Source of the DNA: Candidatus Thorarchaeota archaeon
GTDB taxonomy: Archaea; Asgardarchaeota; Thorarchaeia; Thorarchaeales; Thorarchaeaceae
Reading direction: 5' to 3'
NCBI GenBank assembly: GCA_048882045.1
Contig: JBHLRZ010000024.1
Coordinates: forward strand, 1 to 51,893
Length of the DNA: 51,893 nucleotides
The notes beneath the pieces were generated by a model, which had not been told where the DNA came from, ran no database searches, and saw nothing but the letters and a program-made list of their open reading frames with translations. This document shows, piece after piece, positions 9,534 through 17,129 of this stretch. The stretch's first letter is position 1, and each line of letters begins with the position of its first letter. A program made the translations under genes and the position numbers.

Positions 9534-9902
9534 GTGGGTTTGCGGAAAGTGGAGAGAGACACCAACGACGCATCAGTGTATGAGCTGGTACAACTGATGG
9601 CTTCCCTTAATGACACAAGGAGGGCCATTTTGTTAGCACTTGCTCATATTTACCCTCGAAGTGTCAGTGGTGTTCAACTCAGCCGACTCATCGGCTACAG
9701 CGGAAAATCAAGAAGTCTGTACAGGGGCGTGATCTCACACCTCATGGAAAACGAGATGATACAGATAGATCAGCTCACACCGAAACTTTACGCCATTCGG
9801 GTGAACAATGAGCATCCACTTCTGTCTGTTCTCGTCAACCTCTGCAAGGTGCACGGGGGTCACGCAAAAAAGGTGTATCTGAAAGCGTTGGAGGAAGAGT
9901 GA
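9534..9902 (+). CDS. Winged helix-turn-helix protein
   Basis: L...RRAIL..L, SG.QLSRLIG, L....I, KLY wing pattern. Confidence 0.7.
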   Translation: MGLRKVERDTNDASVYELVQLMASLNDTRRAILLALAHIYPRSVSGVQLSRLIGYSGKSRSLYRGVISHLMENEMIQIDQLTPKLYAIRVNNEHPLLSVLVNLCKVHGGHAKKVYLKALEEE

Positions 9903-10513
9903 TGGACAAACTCCTGCAAGAGGCAAAGGCTCTCTACAAAGACAGGATACGAATTGTACTCTCAGCTCTTATCATAGTATTTTCTATCACATTCTTTCTC
10001 TATTATACCTCTGGACTTGCAAGGCTTGGAATAGGTGAAGGCCCAGAGCGAACTGAACCCCTTGCGCCTTCAACCTCAGGGCTCATGCTCATGACGTCTT
10101 TCAACAATGTAGGTTTAATTGTCGCGGTTGGTTTACTCGTTGTTGTATACAAATTCTGGTCGTGGGCTTTCCTGCCTGGTCCTGCAACTCTTTACACACT
10201 CTCAGTCTTGAAAGGCATTCTTGGTCCGAAAGCTGTAGTTAAGCAGACGATTGGAAAACGGTTTAAGATCACACTTGAGAACGGAATGACCTTTGGAATT
10301 AACTGTCAGATTCAGATTGAGGGCACAGACGAATGGTTCTCCTATAGACTCGTGTCCGCGGAGATAGAGAATGCTGATCTAAGGAATATTGCACTCCGTC
10401 ATGGCTTCAGTACAAGTAAGAAAAGGATCGTTGGCAACGTCAGTAACGATGAACTCCACCACCGCACTCTTCTTCTCGCAAAAGCGATGATGATGGCTGC
10501 GCCAGCTGCGTAG
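9899..10513 (+). CDS. Two-TM membrane protein with soluble C-terminal domain, hypothetical
   Basis: Two hydrophobic helices; start overlaps the wHTH stop. Confidence 0.7.
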   Translation: MMDKLLQEAKALYKDRIRIVLSALIIVFSITFFLYYTSGLARLGIGEGPERTEPLAPSTSGLMLMTSFNNVGLIVAVGLLVVVYKFWSWAFLPGPATLYTLSVLKGILGPKAVVKQTIGKRFKITLENGMTFGINCQIQIEGTDEWFSYRLVSAEIENADLRNIALRHGFSTSKKRIVGNVSNDELHHRTLLLAKAMMMAAPAA

Positions 10514-10574
10514 AGTAGCAATACAATCAGGATACTCCTTTTAGCAGAGAGTTGATAGTCCATTTGATTCTACA

Positions 10575-10967
10575 ATGGTGATGCGCATCAAAAGAACCAT
10601 AGACATCGCGATGAGTAACTACACAGAGATCACGGGATTTACTGTCTTCAACTGCGAGGGGAAGGTTGCCTATGCAAGTGATAACATGGACATTGCCCAC
10701 GAGCTCGCTGCAATCATTCAGGCTTGGAATGGACATCAACCCAACTTCATGTTGAAGAACCTCTCCTTCATTACTGCCCTATCTACTGAGAAGGAGTTTG
10801 TTGCAATCAATCCAGAAGGAGCAGTGAGCCTCATTGTAGGGACCAATAAGGGAGTGTGGTTTGTTGCGGTGTTTGCTCCAATGGATGTCGACAAAGATGG
10901 AATTTTGAGGGAGTGTATTCAAGCTGCGAAAAACCTAGAGGTTTCGGTGTCCATATTTGATGTGTGA
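10575..10967 (+). CDS. Profilin-like protein (divergent Asgard profilin)
   Basis: 130 aa; N-terminal helix, G-F-T-V-F-x-x-x-G-K-V-x-Y-x-S-D-N-M-D-I, W, TEK-x-F-V-A-I-N-x-x-G, C-terminal helix ending AKNL; follows the Asgard profilin layout as recalled. Confidence 0.65.
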   Translation: MVMRIKRTIDIAMSNYTEITGFTVFNCEGKVAYASDNMDIAHELAAIIQAWNGHQPNFMLKNLSFITALSTEKEFVAINPEGAVSLIVGTNKGVWFVAVFAPMDVDKDGILRECIQAAKNLEVSVSIFDV

Positions 10968-11429
10968 CTACTCAGGATCAAGGATGGGCTTTTGTTCAGC
11001 TATGATTCTCCCAATGTATGCCATTATCGCACCGACCCACCCAACAGACTGCTGTAGCTGTTCGAACATGCCCATAACAAATGTACCAGTTGTTGCCATT
11101 TGAACAAGTGTCATCAATAGACCCACTACTCCTACGGTCACACCTGCAAGTATGACCATTCGACCTAATCGAACTTTCTCGGTAGTGAGAATGATTCCTC
11201 CTAGGATTACAACAAAACCCCCAAGACCCGCCCACATCGCTAGTCCCTCCATGAAGCTCTCGAATGTATTGAAAAACTCCAATCCAAAGAAGTACTGTAA
11301 TGTGTCGGAGAGCTCGCCAATCACCCCAATTGCTCCGCTCACTCCTGCTAAAATCATCAAAGAACCTCCTGCAAGACTAAGGAGTAGGGAATTCTTATTG
11401 TGAATTGGCATGTTGGTTGCTTTCGACAA
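10968..11429 (-). CDS. Small 4-TM glycine-rich membrane protein, hypothetical
   Basis: Four Gly-rich hydrophobic segments. Confidence 0.7.
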   Translation of the reverse strand: MSKATNMPIHNKNSLLLSLAGGSLMILAGVSGAIGVIGELSDTLQYFFGLEFFNTFESFMEGLAMWAGLGGFVVILGGIILTTEKVRLGRMVILAGVTVGVVGLLMTLVQMATTGTFVMGMFEQLQQSVGWVGAIMAYIGRIIAEQKPILDPE

Positions 11430-11495
11430 TGTTGCTTTTTTAAAGATAGCTTCTCTGTATTCTAAAGGTGTAAAACTATGGACTTGCTGTCTATT

Positions 11496-12053
11496 TCATC
11501 TCACCTTTTCTGCTAACTCTTTTGACCACTGTCGAATTATCTCCCAATTACGAGTGTCATATACTCCAGGTTCGAGTTCTTCAATACCAATTTCTTCTAG
11601 TTTGATCTTAAATGGGACCAGAGTCTTTCGAAATAAGAAACCCATCTTGTTGTAATCCCACACACCTCCGAACATAACATAATCTACAGGATTGAGAGAA
11701 TATTCTTCCCCTTTTTCAACAAGATACTTCTGCCAATCATTTTCCATTTCTTCAACTTGTTTGTCGTGTTCTAATATGACTCGTGCACCTGATGATACGA
11801 AAATTACAGTCTTTTTATTTCGAAGTTCTTCTTGGAACCTTTCTAAAAACTTCTCTGACTCTTTGCACCAATTCCCCATCTTCATACCAGAACCGATGAG
11901 AACAAGGTCATACTCTGATATGTCCTTCAATTTTTCCTTCTTGAGATTGACAACACGTACATCAAATCCTTCTTTTGTAAGAATTTTGGCAATTTCTTTA
12001 GATGTTGATTCGGTTGCTCCATATCGTGTAGAAAATGCAATGAGAGTTTTCAA
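11496..12053 (-). CDS. Flavodoxin-domain protein (Flavodoxin_5/HemG-like)
   Basis: STRYGAT FMN loop, YDLVLIGSG, FGG, D-x-RNW..I..W; TTG at 12053 fits the SD (track start 12059). Confidence 0.85.
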   Translation of the reverse strand: MKTLIAFSTRYGATESTSKEIAKILTKEGFDVRVVNLKKEKLKDISEYDLVLIGSGMKMGNWCKESEKFLERFQEELRNKKTVIFVSSGARVILEHDKQVEEMENDWQKYLVEKGEEYSLNPVDYVMFGGVWDYNKMGFLFRKTLVPFKIKLEEIGIEELEPGVYDTRNWEIIRQWSKELAEKVR

Positions 12054-12120
12054 GATCATACCTCTGAGGTGCGCGAAATCAAACCTCCTAATAAGTAGAA
12101 TCTCAGAGAAAGAAAATGAA

Positions 12121-12139
12121 GGAGCGCATGTAGCGCTCC
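12121..12139 (-). terminator. GC-rich hairpin plus U tract after the Kelch gene
   Basis: GGAGCGC-N5-GCGCTCC perfect 7-bp stem, then TTCATTTTCTTTCTCT on minus strand. Confidence 0.7.
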
Positions 12140-12147
12140 AATAATGG

Positions 12148-13392
12148 TTACCTTCTCCTTACGAAGATGACAGCCAGTATGAGGATTACAGCAATCCCAC
12201 CGACAGCAACATACACCAGAGTCCAATCAACTCCATTACCTGTCGGAGTAGCTGGAGTAGTTGGAGTTGTAGTTGTGGGTGTTGTTGTAGGTCCCATTTC
12301 CTCCCACGTATTTGCATTTACATCATATGCCCAAATCATACCGTCAGTTTCAGTTATCAGAACAGTGCTAGAGAATCCCAATCGTGTGCCTCCAAAAATG
12401 ACCACTCTGTCTGACTCCCAGTCGTATGCTGAACCGTGACGACTACGGGTGTCTGGATGAATGGACGGACTCATCTCTGTCCAAGTCACTGTATTATAAT
12501 CAAACACCCATGTGTCAGAATAAGCAGTACCACCAGCCGAACCCCCAAACAGTATAATCTTGTCACTCTCGCTGTCATAGGTGAGAGAAGGAACACCTCG
12601 GACAGATGGACTAGTTGAGGGTGTAATGTTGCTCCAGGTGTCAGTGTTGAAATCATACGCCCAAGTATCTCCGAAGTAGTTACTTAGCTGATTTGCTCCA
12701 GTGCCATCATATCCTCCAAACATTATCACTCTGTCACTCTCTGAGTCATATACCATCTTGTGAGCGAATCTTGATGGTGGTGCAACTGAAGGATTCATCT
12801 CTGTCCACACATTTGTCCCTGCATCGTAAGACCAGGTTTCGTTGAGCACATTACCATCTTCTCCACCGAATACAATGAAACGATCACTCTCTGAATCATA
12901 CACCATATCGTGAGCTCGTCGCTCTGAAGGAGCTGATGTAGGAAAGACCTCAGTCCATGTGTCCGAATTTGTATCGTATAGCCAAGTGTCATTTAGTCTA
13001 TCATTGATGTTTATATCTCTCATACCACCAAACAGGACTATATTGTCTCTTGAGGAATCATATGCAAGACCGGGTTCAGCTCTCCCATCTGGAGCGGGAG
13101 AAGGACTCGTTCGTACAGAAGCATCATTATTGTAATCATATGTCCAGACATCCTTCTTGGCTGCAGTTGTGGGCGTATTGTTCCATCCTCCGAATATTAC
13201 AATACGGTCTGATTCGTTGTCATATGCCATCCCAGGATTTCCTCGAGTTGGAAGGTTTTCGTCTTCCGAAATGGTGAACGTATAGGGAGTAGCCCTAGGA
13301 GTTGAATATGCAATGGGCACCAATCCGAATGTCATCACAATCAGAATAGTTCCTGCAAAAATTTCACGTTTATATTCCTTCAAATCTGGCAA
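12148..13392 (-). CDS. Cell-surface 6-bladed Kelch beta-propeller protein
   Basis: Six R...YD.ESD....FGG...DTW.YD....W repeats; signal peptide, Thr/Pro linker, C-terminal TM + RRR; TTG 13392 preceded by GAGGAGGT (track start 13470 lies in the promoter). Confidence 0.9.
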   Translation of the reverse strand: MPDLKEYKREIFAGTILIVMTFGLVPIAYSTPRATPYTFTISEDENLPTRGNPGMAYDNESDRIVIFGGWNNTPTTAAKKDVWTYDYNNDASVRTSPSPAPDGRAEPGLAYDSSRDNIVLFGGMRDININDRLNDTWLYDTNSDTWTEVFPTSAPSERRAHDMVYDSESDRFIVFGGEDGNVLNETWSYDAGTNVWTEMNPSVAPPSRFAHKMVYDSESDRVIMFGGYDGTGANQLSNYFGDTWAYDFNTDTWSNITPSTSPSVRGVPSLTYDSESDKIILFGGSAGGTAYSDTWVFDYNTVTWTEMSPSIHPDTRSRHGSAYDWESDRVVIFGGTRLGFSSTVLITETDGMIWAYDVNANTWEEMGPTTTPTTTTPTTPATPTGNGVDWTLVYVAVGGIAVILILAVIFVRRR

Positions 13393-13475
13393 ATTAGATT
13401 TACCTCCTCTCCAAATTTCATTGTAGTTTTCATACAACAACAATTTGCAGTGTCTACAACGAGATTCCAAGTAGG

Positions 13476-13550
13476 TATATAATCGTTCTATTCAAATTCG
13501 ATAGAATTGTAACCTCGAGAGTTCTCGAAGTCAGATTGAGAACACTCGAA
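13476..13550 (-). promoter_or_regulatory. Promoter/operator cassette copy 1
   Basis: TATA (minus TTATATA) 13476-13482; TTC-N10-GAA 13491-13506; CTCGAGA-GT-TCTCGAA 13514-13529; extra degenerate site ATTGAGA-AC-ACTCGAA 13535-13550. Confidence 0.85.
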
Positions 13551-13572
13551 CTAAAACCCGTGAATCCTTAAT

Positions 13573-14700
13573 TCACACACTTCTCGAATTCCTTTTGCCA
13601 TTGGCTCTCTTCTCTAGTATGATGATGATAACGATTACAGCAAAGCTGACTGCACCTGCAGCCAATACAAGTTGAGTGTAATCTATCGGTGGGGGAGTCG
13701 GGGAAGTTGGTGATGAAGGTATAGAAGGTGATGGCAGAATATCTGTAGGGATTGTCCCAGAAGGTATCGTTGTATTCATACCAAACGTTGCATCAAATTC
13801 TAACATTTCATTACCAAAGTTCTTAAACGAGATAAAGACTAATTCAGATGTAAGATTTCCCGGAGTATGGTCATAGAATGGATTCGTGGCGGAACTTGAA
13901 CCTTCCACCTGAATCTGACCAATAGTAGTTGAAGCAGTTGATGAGTACTCCATCCATGCGTCACCATAGTCAAATCTATTTCCTACATGACTGACATTCC
14001 AATTTAGAAATTCATCGTGACCTCCAGAGATTGGATTTACAGTATAGACGTAGTTATACACAATGAAGATGAACACAAGAAGAGAGTCACTGAACGTCCA
14101 GTCCCATCCTGTGACTTTAATTCTGAGGTCGAATTGGTCTAGTGAACTAATGTTGAATTGAGCATCAACATCGAGTGCGAGATCCATATAGTTTGCATGA
14201 CCAGGAATACTAGTCCATCCGCTCACAGTTGGTATCATGTTAGGGTCTTGATGTGCGATTTGAGCTTCGTTTGAATATTCCAGTTCTACAAATTCGTATA
14301 GATACTCGGTGACTTCCCAAGGTAATGGAATTTCATTTACCCACTCTCCTATTCCCCACGTTGGCATTATTGAACCCACAAGCTGGTCTTCTTCAGGATT
14401 GAACATATCATCATTGTTTATATCATTCGCTTCGAATATTCCCGAAAAGTCAAAGGAATAGTGACTTGTGTTGTTATCAAACCATAGATCACTAGAATTT
14501 GAAATTGAGAAACTTGGTAACCAAACTCCGTATGCACCAGCTCTAACATTTATTGCTCCGGTACTGATCGTATAACTACACATATCATAATCACATATGT
14601 AGATACGAATTCCGATTGATTGCTGGGCTTCAGTATATGGCAATGCTGCTACTAGACCCAAAACAGCAAGTGCAATTATTACTCGCCTTTTTGTGGTCAT
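13573..14700 (-). CDS. Secreted, C-terminally anchored beta-rich surface protein, hypothetical
   Basis: Signal peptide, D-x-N-x-D Ca-loop-like motif (EANDINNDDMF), Pro/Ser/Thr linker, C-terminal TM + basic tail; AGGTGA SD. Confidence 0.8.
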   Translation of the reverse strand: MTTKRRVIIALAVLGLVAALPYTEAQQSIGIRIYICDYDMCSYTISTGAINVRAGAYGVWLPSFSISNSSDLWFDNNTSHYSFDFSGIFEANDINNDDMFNPEEDQLVGSIMPTWGIGEWVNEIPLPWEVTEYLYEFVELEYSNEAQIAHQDPNMIPTVSGWTSIPGHANYMDLALDVDAQFNISSLDQFDLRIKVTGWDWTFSDSLLVFIFIVYNYVYTVNPISGGHDEFLNWNVSHVGNRFDYGDAWMEYSSTASTTIGQIQVEGSSSATNPFYDHTPGNLTSELVFISFKNFGNEMLEFDATFGMNTTIPSGTIPTDILPSPSIPSSPTSPTPPPIDYTQLVLAAGAVSFAVIVIIIILEKRANGKRNSRSV

Positions 14701-14733
14701 TGATAGTCACCTGTGTGTACGAAGCGATTTAGG

Positions 14734-14787
14734 TATATAATCGTTCTATTCCAATTCAGTTGAAATGCCATTTCGATACTTCTCGAA
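14734..14787 (-). promoter_or_regulatory. Promoter/operator cassette copy 2
   Basis: TATA 14734-14740; TTCCAATTCAGTTGAA 14749-14764; TTCGATA-CT-TCTCGAA 14772-14787; 14734-14766 is 33/33 identical to copy 3. Confidence 0.85.
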
Positions 14788-14801
14788 CTCATTCGAACAC
14801 C

Positions 14802-15629
14802 TCAGACCAATGCAACACTTATGACAGCGAGAAGGAGAAGATTCAGATTTGTGACTATCAGAGTTACAATTACTGCACGCGATTTCCTCACTGTCTTTGC
14901 TCTAGCAAGAGCTATTGTTAGAATTCCTGTACTCCAAGCGATAATGCAAGTCAAGATTATCGTAAGCAACCAGCCACTAAGAACGTTCAAAGTGGGAATA
15001 AAGTACCACATGAGCTCGATGAGGATATGAGGTATAAAAGCCATGGGCACTGATGCAAGGAGTTCTCTTGAAAGACCCGGCTTCTTCAGAATAGGAACTG
15101 ACAAACCCTCAACGAATAAGTATGTACTCAACCATGCAACCAAAGCTGCAAGTATCGTAATTCCTGTATCGAAGGTTCCTTGCAGAAAGAATAGGAAGAC
15201 CGGTAGGAAACCCACCTCTGAAGCAAAGTAGCCATATAGCCCGAGAAATACTACAATCTCAAAAAAGAACCTAAATGGATCCGCTTGAATTCGTTTAATT
15301 ATCGGTTCCATGCTCAGCGCTTTTTGAATGAGGTATGTAGCTGTGCGTTCTCCCTCTTCTGCAGGTGAAACTCCCTCAACCTGATCCTCACTATGCTGGA
15401 TTATTGTGTATGCTGCCTGTCCCAAGTCTGTAAGTGAATATAGCTTGTCTCCGGGTCGTAACACTAAGGGATTATCCGATTTGGAAAGGTTATCCAGATG
15501 GAAATATAATGTACCAGGTTCTAATCCTAACTCTGAAAGGTCAGTGTATGAGACTGCTCCTTGATCTCCAATCATCATGATGATCTGGCGTCTAATCTTG
15601 TGTGATATTGCGCTCAGTACATCATCCAT
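14802..15629 (-). CDS. Membrane-tethered ArsR-like wHTH transcriptional regulator with ~5-TM (Yip1-like) C-terminal domain
   Basis: AISHKIRRQII, VSYTDL, GTLYFHL..L, YSLTDLG wHTH motifs, then ~5 TM helices; last hairpin W...IL..AL...K.V..SRA resembles Yip1. Confidence 0.85.
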   Translation of the reverse strand: MDDVLSAISHKIRRQIIMMIGDQGAVSYTDLSELGLEPGTLYFHLDNLSKSDNPLVLRPGDKLYSLTDLGQAAYTIIQHSEDQVEGVSPAEEGERTATYLIQKALSMEPIIKRIQADPFRFFFEIVVFLGLYGYFASEVGFLPVFLFFLQGTFDTGITILAALVAWLSTYLFVEGLSVPILKKPGLSRELLASVPMAFIPHILIELMWYFIPTLNVLSGWLLTIILTCIIAWSTGILTIALARAKTVRKSRAVIVTLIVTNLNLLLLAVISVALV

Positions 15630-15754
15630 TGTGGAGTCTTTTTCTTTCAGAATAATCCCCCATCAAAGTTCCTTATCCTAGATATTGTTGGTTTGATCGC
15701 GATACTTTCCTCATGCATTCATAAAATCGCATAGTTTGCAGTTGTTCAAAAGAC

Positions 15755-15808
15755 TATATAATCGTTCTATTCCAATTCAGTTGAAATCGGACTTCGAGAA
15801 ATCTCGAA
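15755..15808 (-). promoter_or_regulatory. Promoter/operator cassette copy 3 (upstream of the regulator)
   Basis: TATA 15755-15761; TTCCAATTCAGTTGAA 15770-15785; perfect palindrome TTCGAGA-AA-TCTCGAA 15793-15808. Confidence 0.85.
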
Positions 15809-15862
15809 ATAAATGCATTAAGAGAACGAAGTTCATTAGAGCTTTTGTACCTCTGTGGAGCC

Positions 15863-16600
15863 ATGTCTGTGAACTTTGAAGAAGCTGGAAATCCACAGAA
15901 GAGAACTGTCATTTTTGTACATGGAGCTGGCGGTTCAGCCGCTACCTGGTTCATGCAGCTTCGAGGTCTCTCGAATTATTTTCACATTGTAGCCATTGAA
16001 TTGAATGGCCATGGAAAGACCTCTGACCGCGGCGAGGGAGATCTTCTACACTCGTACCTGCATGATATCCACGAAGTAATGTCCAAGTATGAAAAGCCAA
16101 TATTGGCAGGTCATAGCATGGGGGGTGCCTTGACACAACTATACGCACTGAATCACCCCGAACATCTTACTGGAATCATTCTCGTTGGCACTGGCGCTAG
16201 GCTCAGAGTGACTCCATTGGTCTTCGAGAGTCTTGACAATGATCTTGAAACATACGTGAATCTTACTGATCAGTTTATGTTTCATGAGAGCACATCAGAT
16301 GAAATTCGAGAGGCTTCGAAGCATGAAGTTAGAAAGTGTTCAGTTCATATAATCCGAAGAGACTTCGAACTCTGTGATAGGTTCGATATAATGGACAAAG
16401 TTTCCGGTATCAGGATTCCTACTCTGATATTGGTTGGAATTAGTGATATCATGACTCCAATCAAATATTCCTCATTCCTGAAGGACAAGATTGATGGCTC
16501 AACCATGAAAGTGATTGAGGGTGCAGGTCATGCAGTCATGCTAGAGAAGTCTAAAACCTTCAACAAACTCATTGTAGAATGGATAAACACATTGGACTAG
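15863..16600 (+). CDS. Alpha/beta hydrolase
   Basis: FVHGAGG, GHG, GHSMGG nucleophile elbow, G..D, AGH. Confidence 0.93.
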   Translation: MSVNFEEAGNPQKRTVIFVHGAGGSAATWFMQLRGLSNYFHIVAIELNGHGKTSDRGEGDLLHSYLHDIHEVMSKYEKPILAGHSMGGALTQLYALNHPEHLTGIILVGTGARLRVTPLVFESLDNDLETYVNLTDQFMFHESTSDEIREASKHEVRKCSVHIIRRDFELCDRFDIMDKVSGIRIPTLILVGISDIMTPIKYSSFLKDKIDGSTMKVIEGAGHAVMLEKSKTFNKLIVEWINTLD

Positions 16601-16998
16601 CGATTTTTTAGTCGTTTTCTCCTTTCGACTGCAGCTAGGAGTTTAGCCCTGTCGAAATAGACTTCATTTCTCTTTATCTTCCCATTCTGAATCTCAACGA
16701 TGTCTAACCCTACTTCCTCGATGACTTCTTGGTCCACGGGAATGGAACACTCCCACTTCAAGACAGTTCCTCTTTCTATAGGAAATACTTCAATCGGAGT
16801 CCACACCCAATCATGATAGACATCCAAGAGACGCTCAAAATATCTGCCAATTTCCTTATGTCCCCTGAGCCCTCCCCTCTTTTCTGGATCAACGTAGAGA
16901 GCGTCTTCATGATAGAACGATAGCAGTTTCTTAGGATTGTTGCCAGTCCATGCCTCTAACCATTCTCTGCAAAATTCCAACAACTCGTCCTTGTTCAT
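16597..16998 (-). CDS. SnoaL/NTF2-like protein
   Basis: W.EAW, YHEDALYVDP, GH.EI..Y, G.D......GKI....YFD; GGAGGAG SD before ATG 16998. Confidence 0.85.
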   Translation of the reverse strand: MNKDELLEFCREWLEAWTGNNPKKLLSFYHEDALYVDPEKRGGLRGHKEIGRYFERLLDVYHDWVWTPIEVFPIERGTVLKWECSIPVDQEVIEEVGLDIVEIQNGKIKRNEVYFDRAKLLAAVERRKRLKNR

Positions 16999-17129
16999 TG
17001 TGATAGACTCCTCCAGATACAAGTACCGACACCCGTTCTTAATCCTTCCCACAAATAGACTTCCCTCATTGTTAAATATCGGCAATGGTCAATGACTCTG
17101 TCTTTCAAACTTCAATTGGAGAGAAACGA

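Noticed and set aside
13393-13470. N-terminal extensions from the ORF track (also 16999-17085, 21338-21388, 29696-29776, 38502-38582, 47517-47615)
   Set aside because: They run into promoters or neighbouring genes; downstream starts fit SD motifs and/or domain boundaries better
13476-15808. The repeat GTTCTATTCCAATTCAGTTGAAAT looks like a CRISPR repeat (GTT...TTGAAA end)
   Set aside because: Copies are 1.0-1.3 kb apart and separated by whole genes rather than 30-45 bp spacers; no cas genes; each copy includes a TATA box correctly placed upstream of a gene
13476-15808. Cassette as MITE/IS end or integron-like attC site flanking gene cassettes
   Set aside because: No terminal inverted repeats with target-site duplication, no transposase or integrase nearby, no extended attC-like hairpin; promoter geometry explains it better
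15793-15808. TTCnnGAA units resembling a eukaryotic heat-shock element
   Set aside because: Not a contiguous alternating nGAAn array; a simple 7-2-7 palindrome is sufficient
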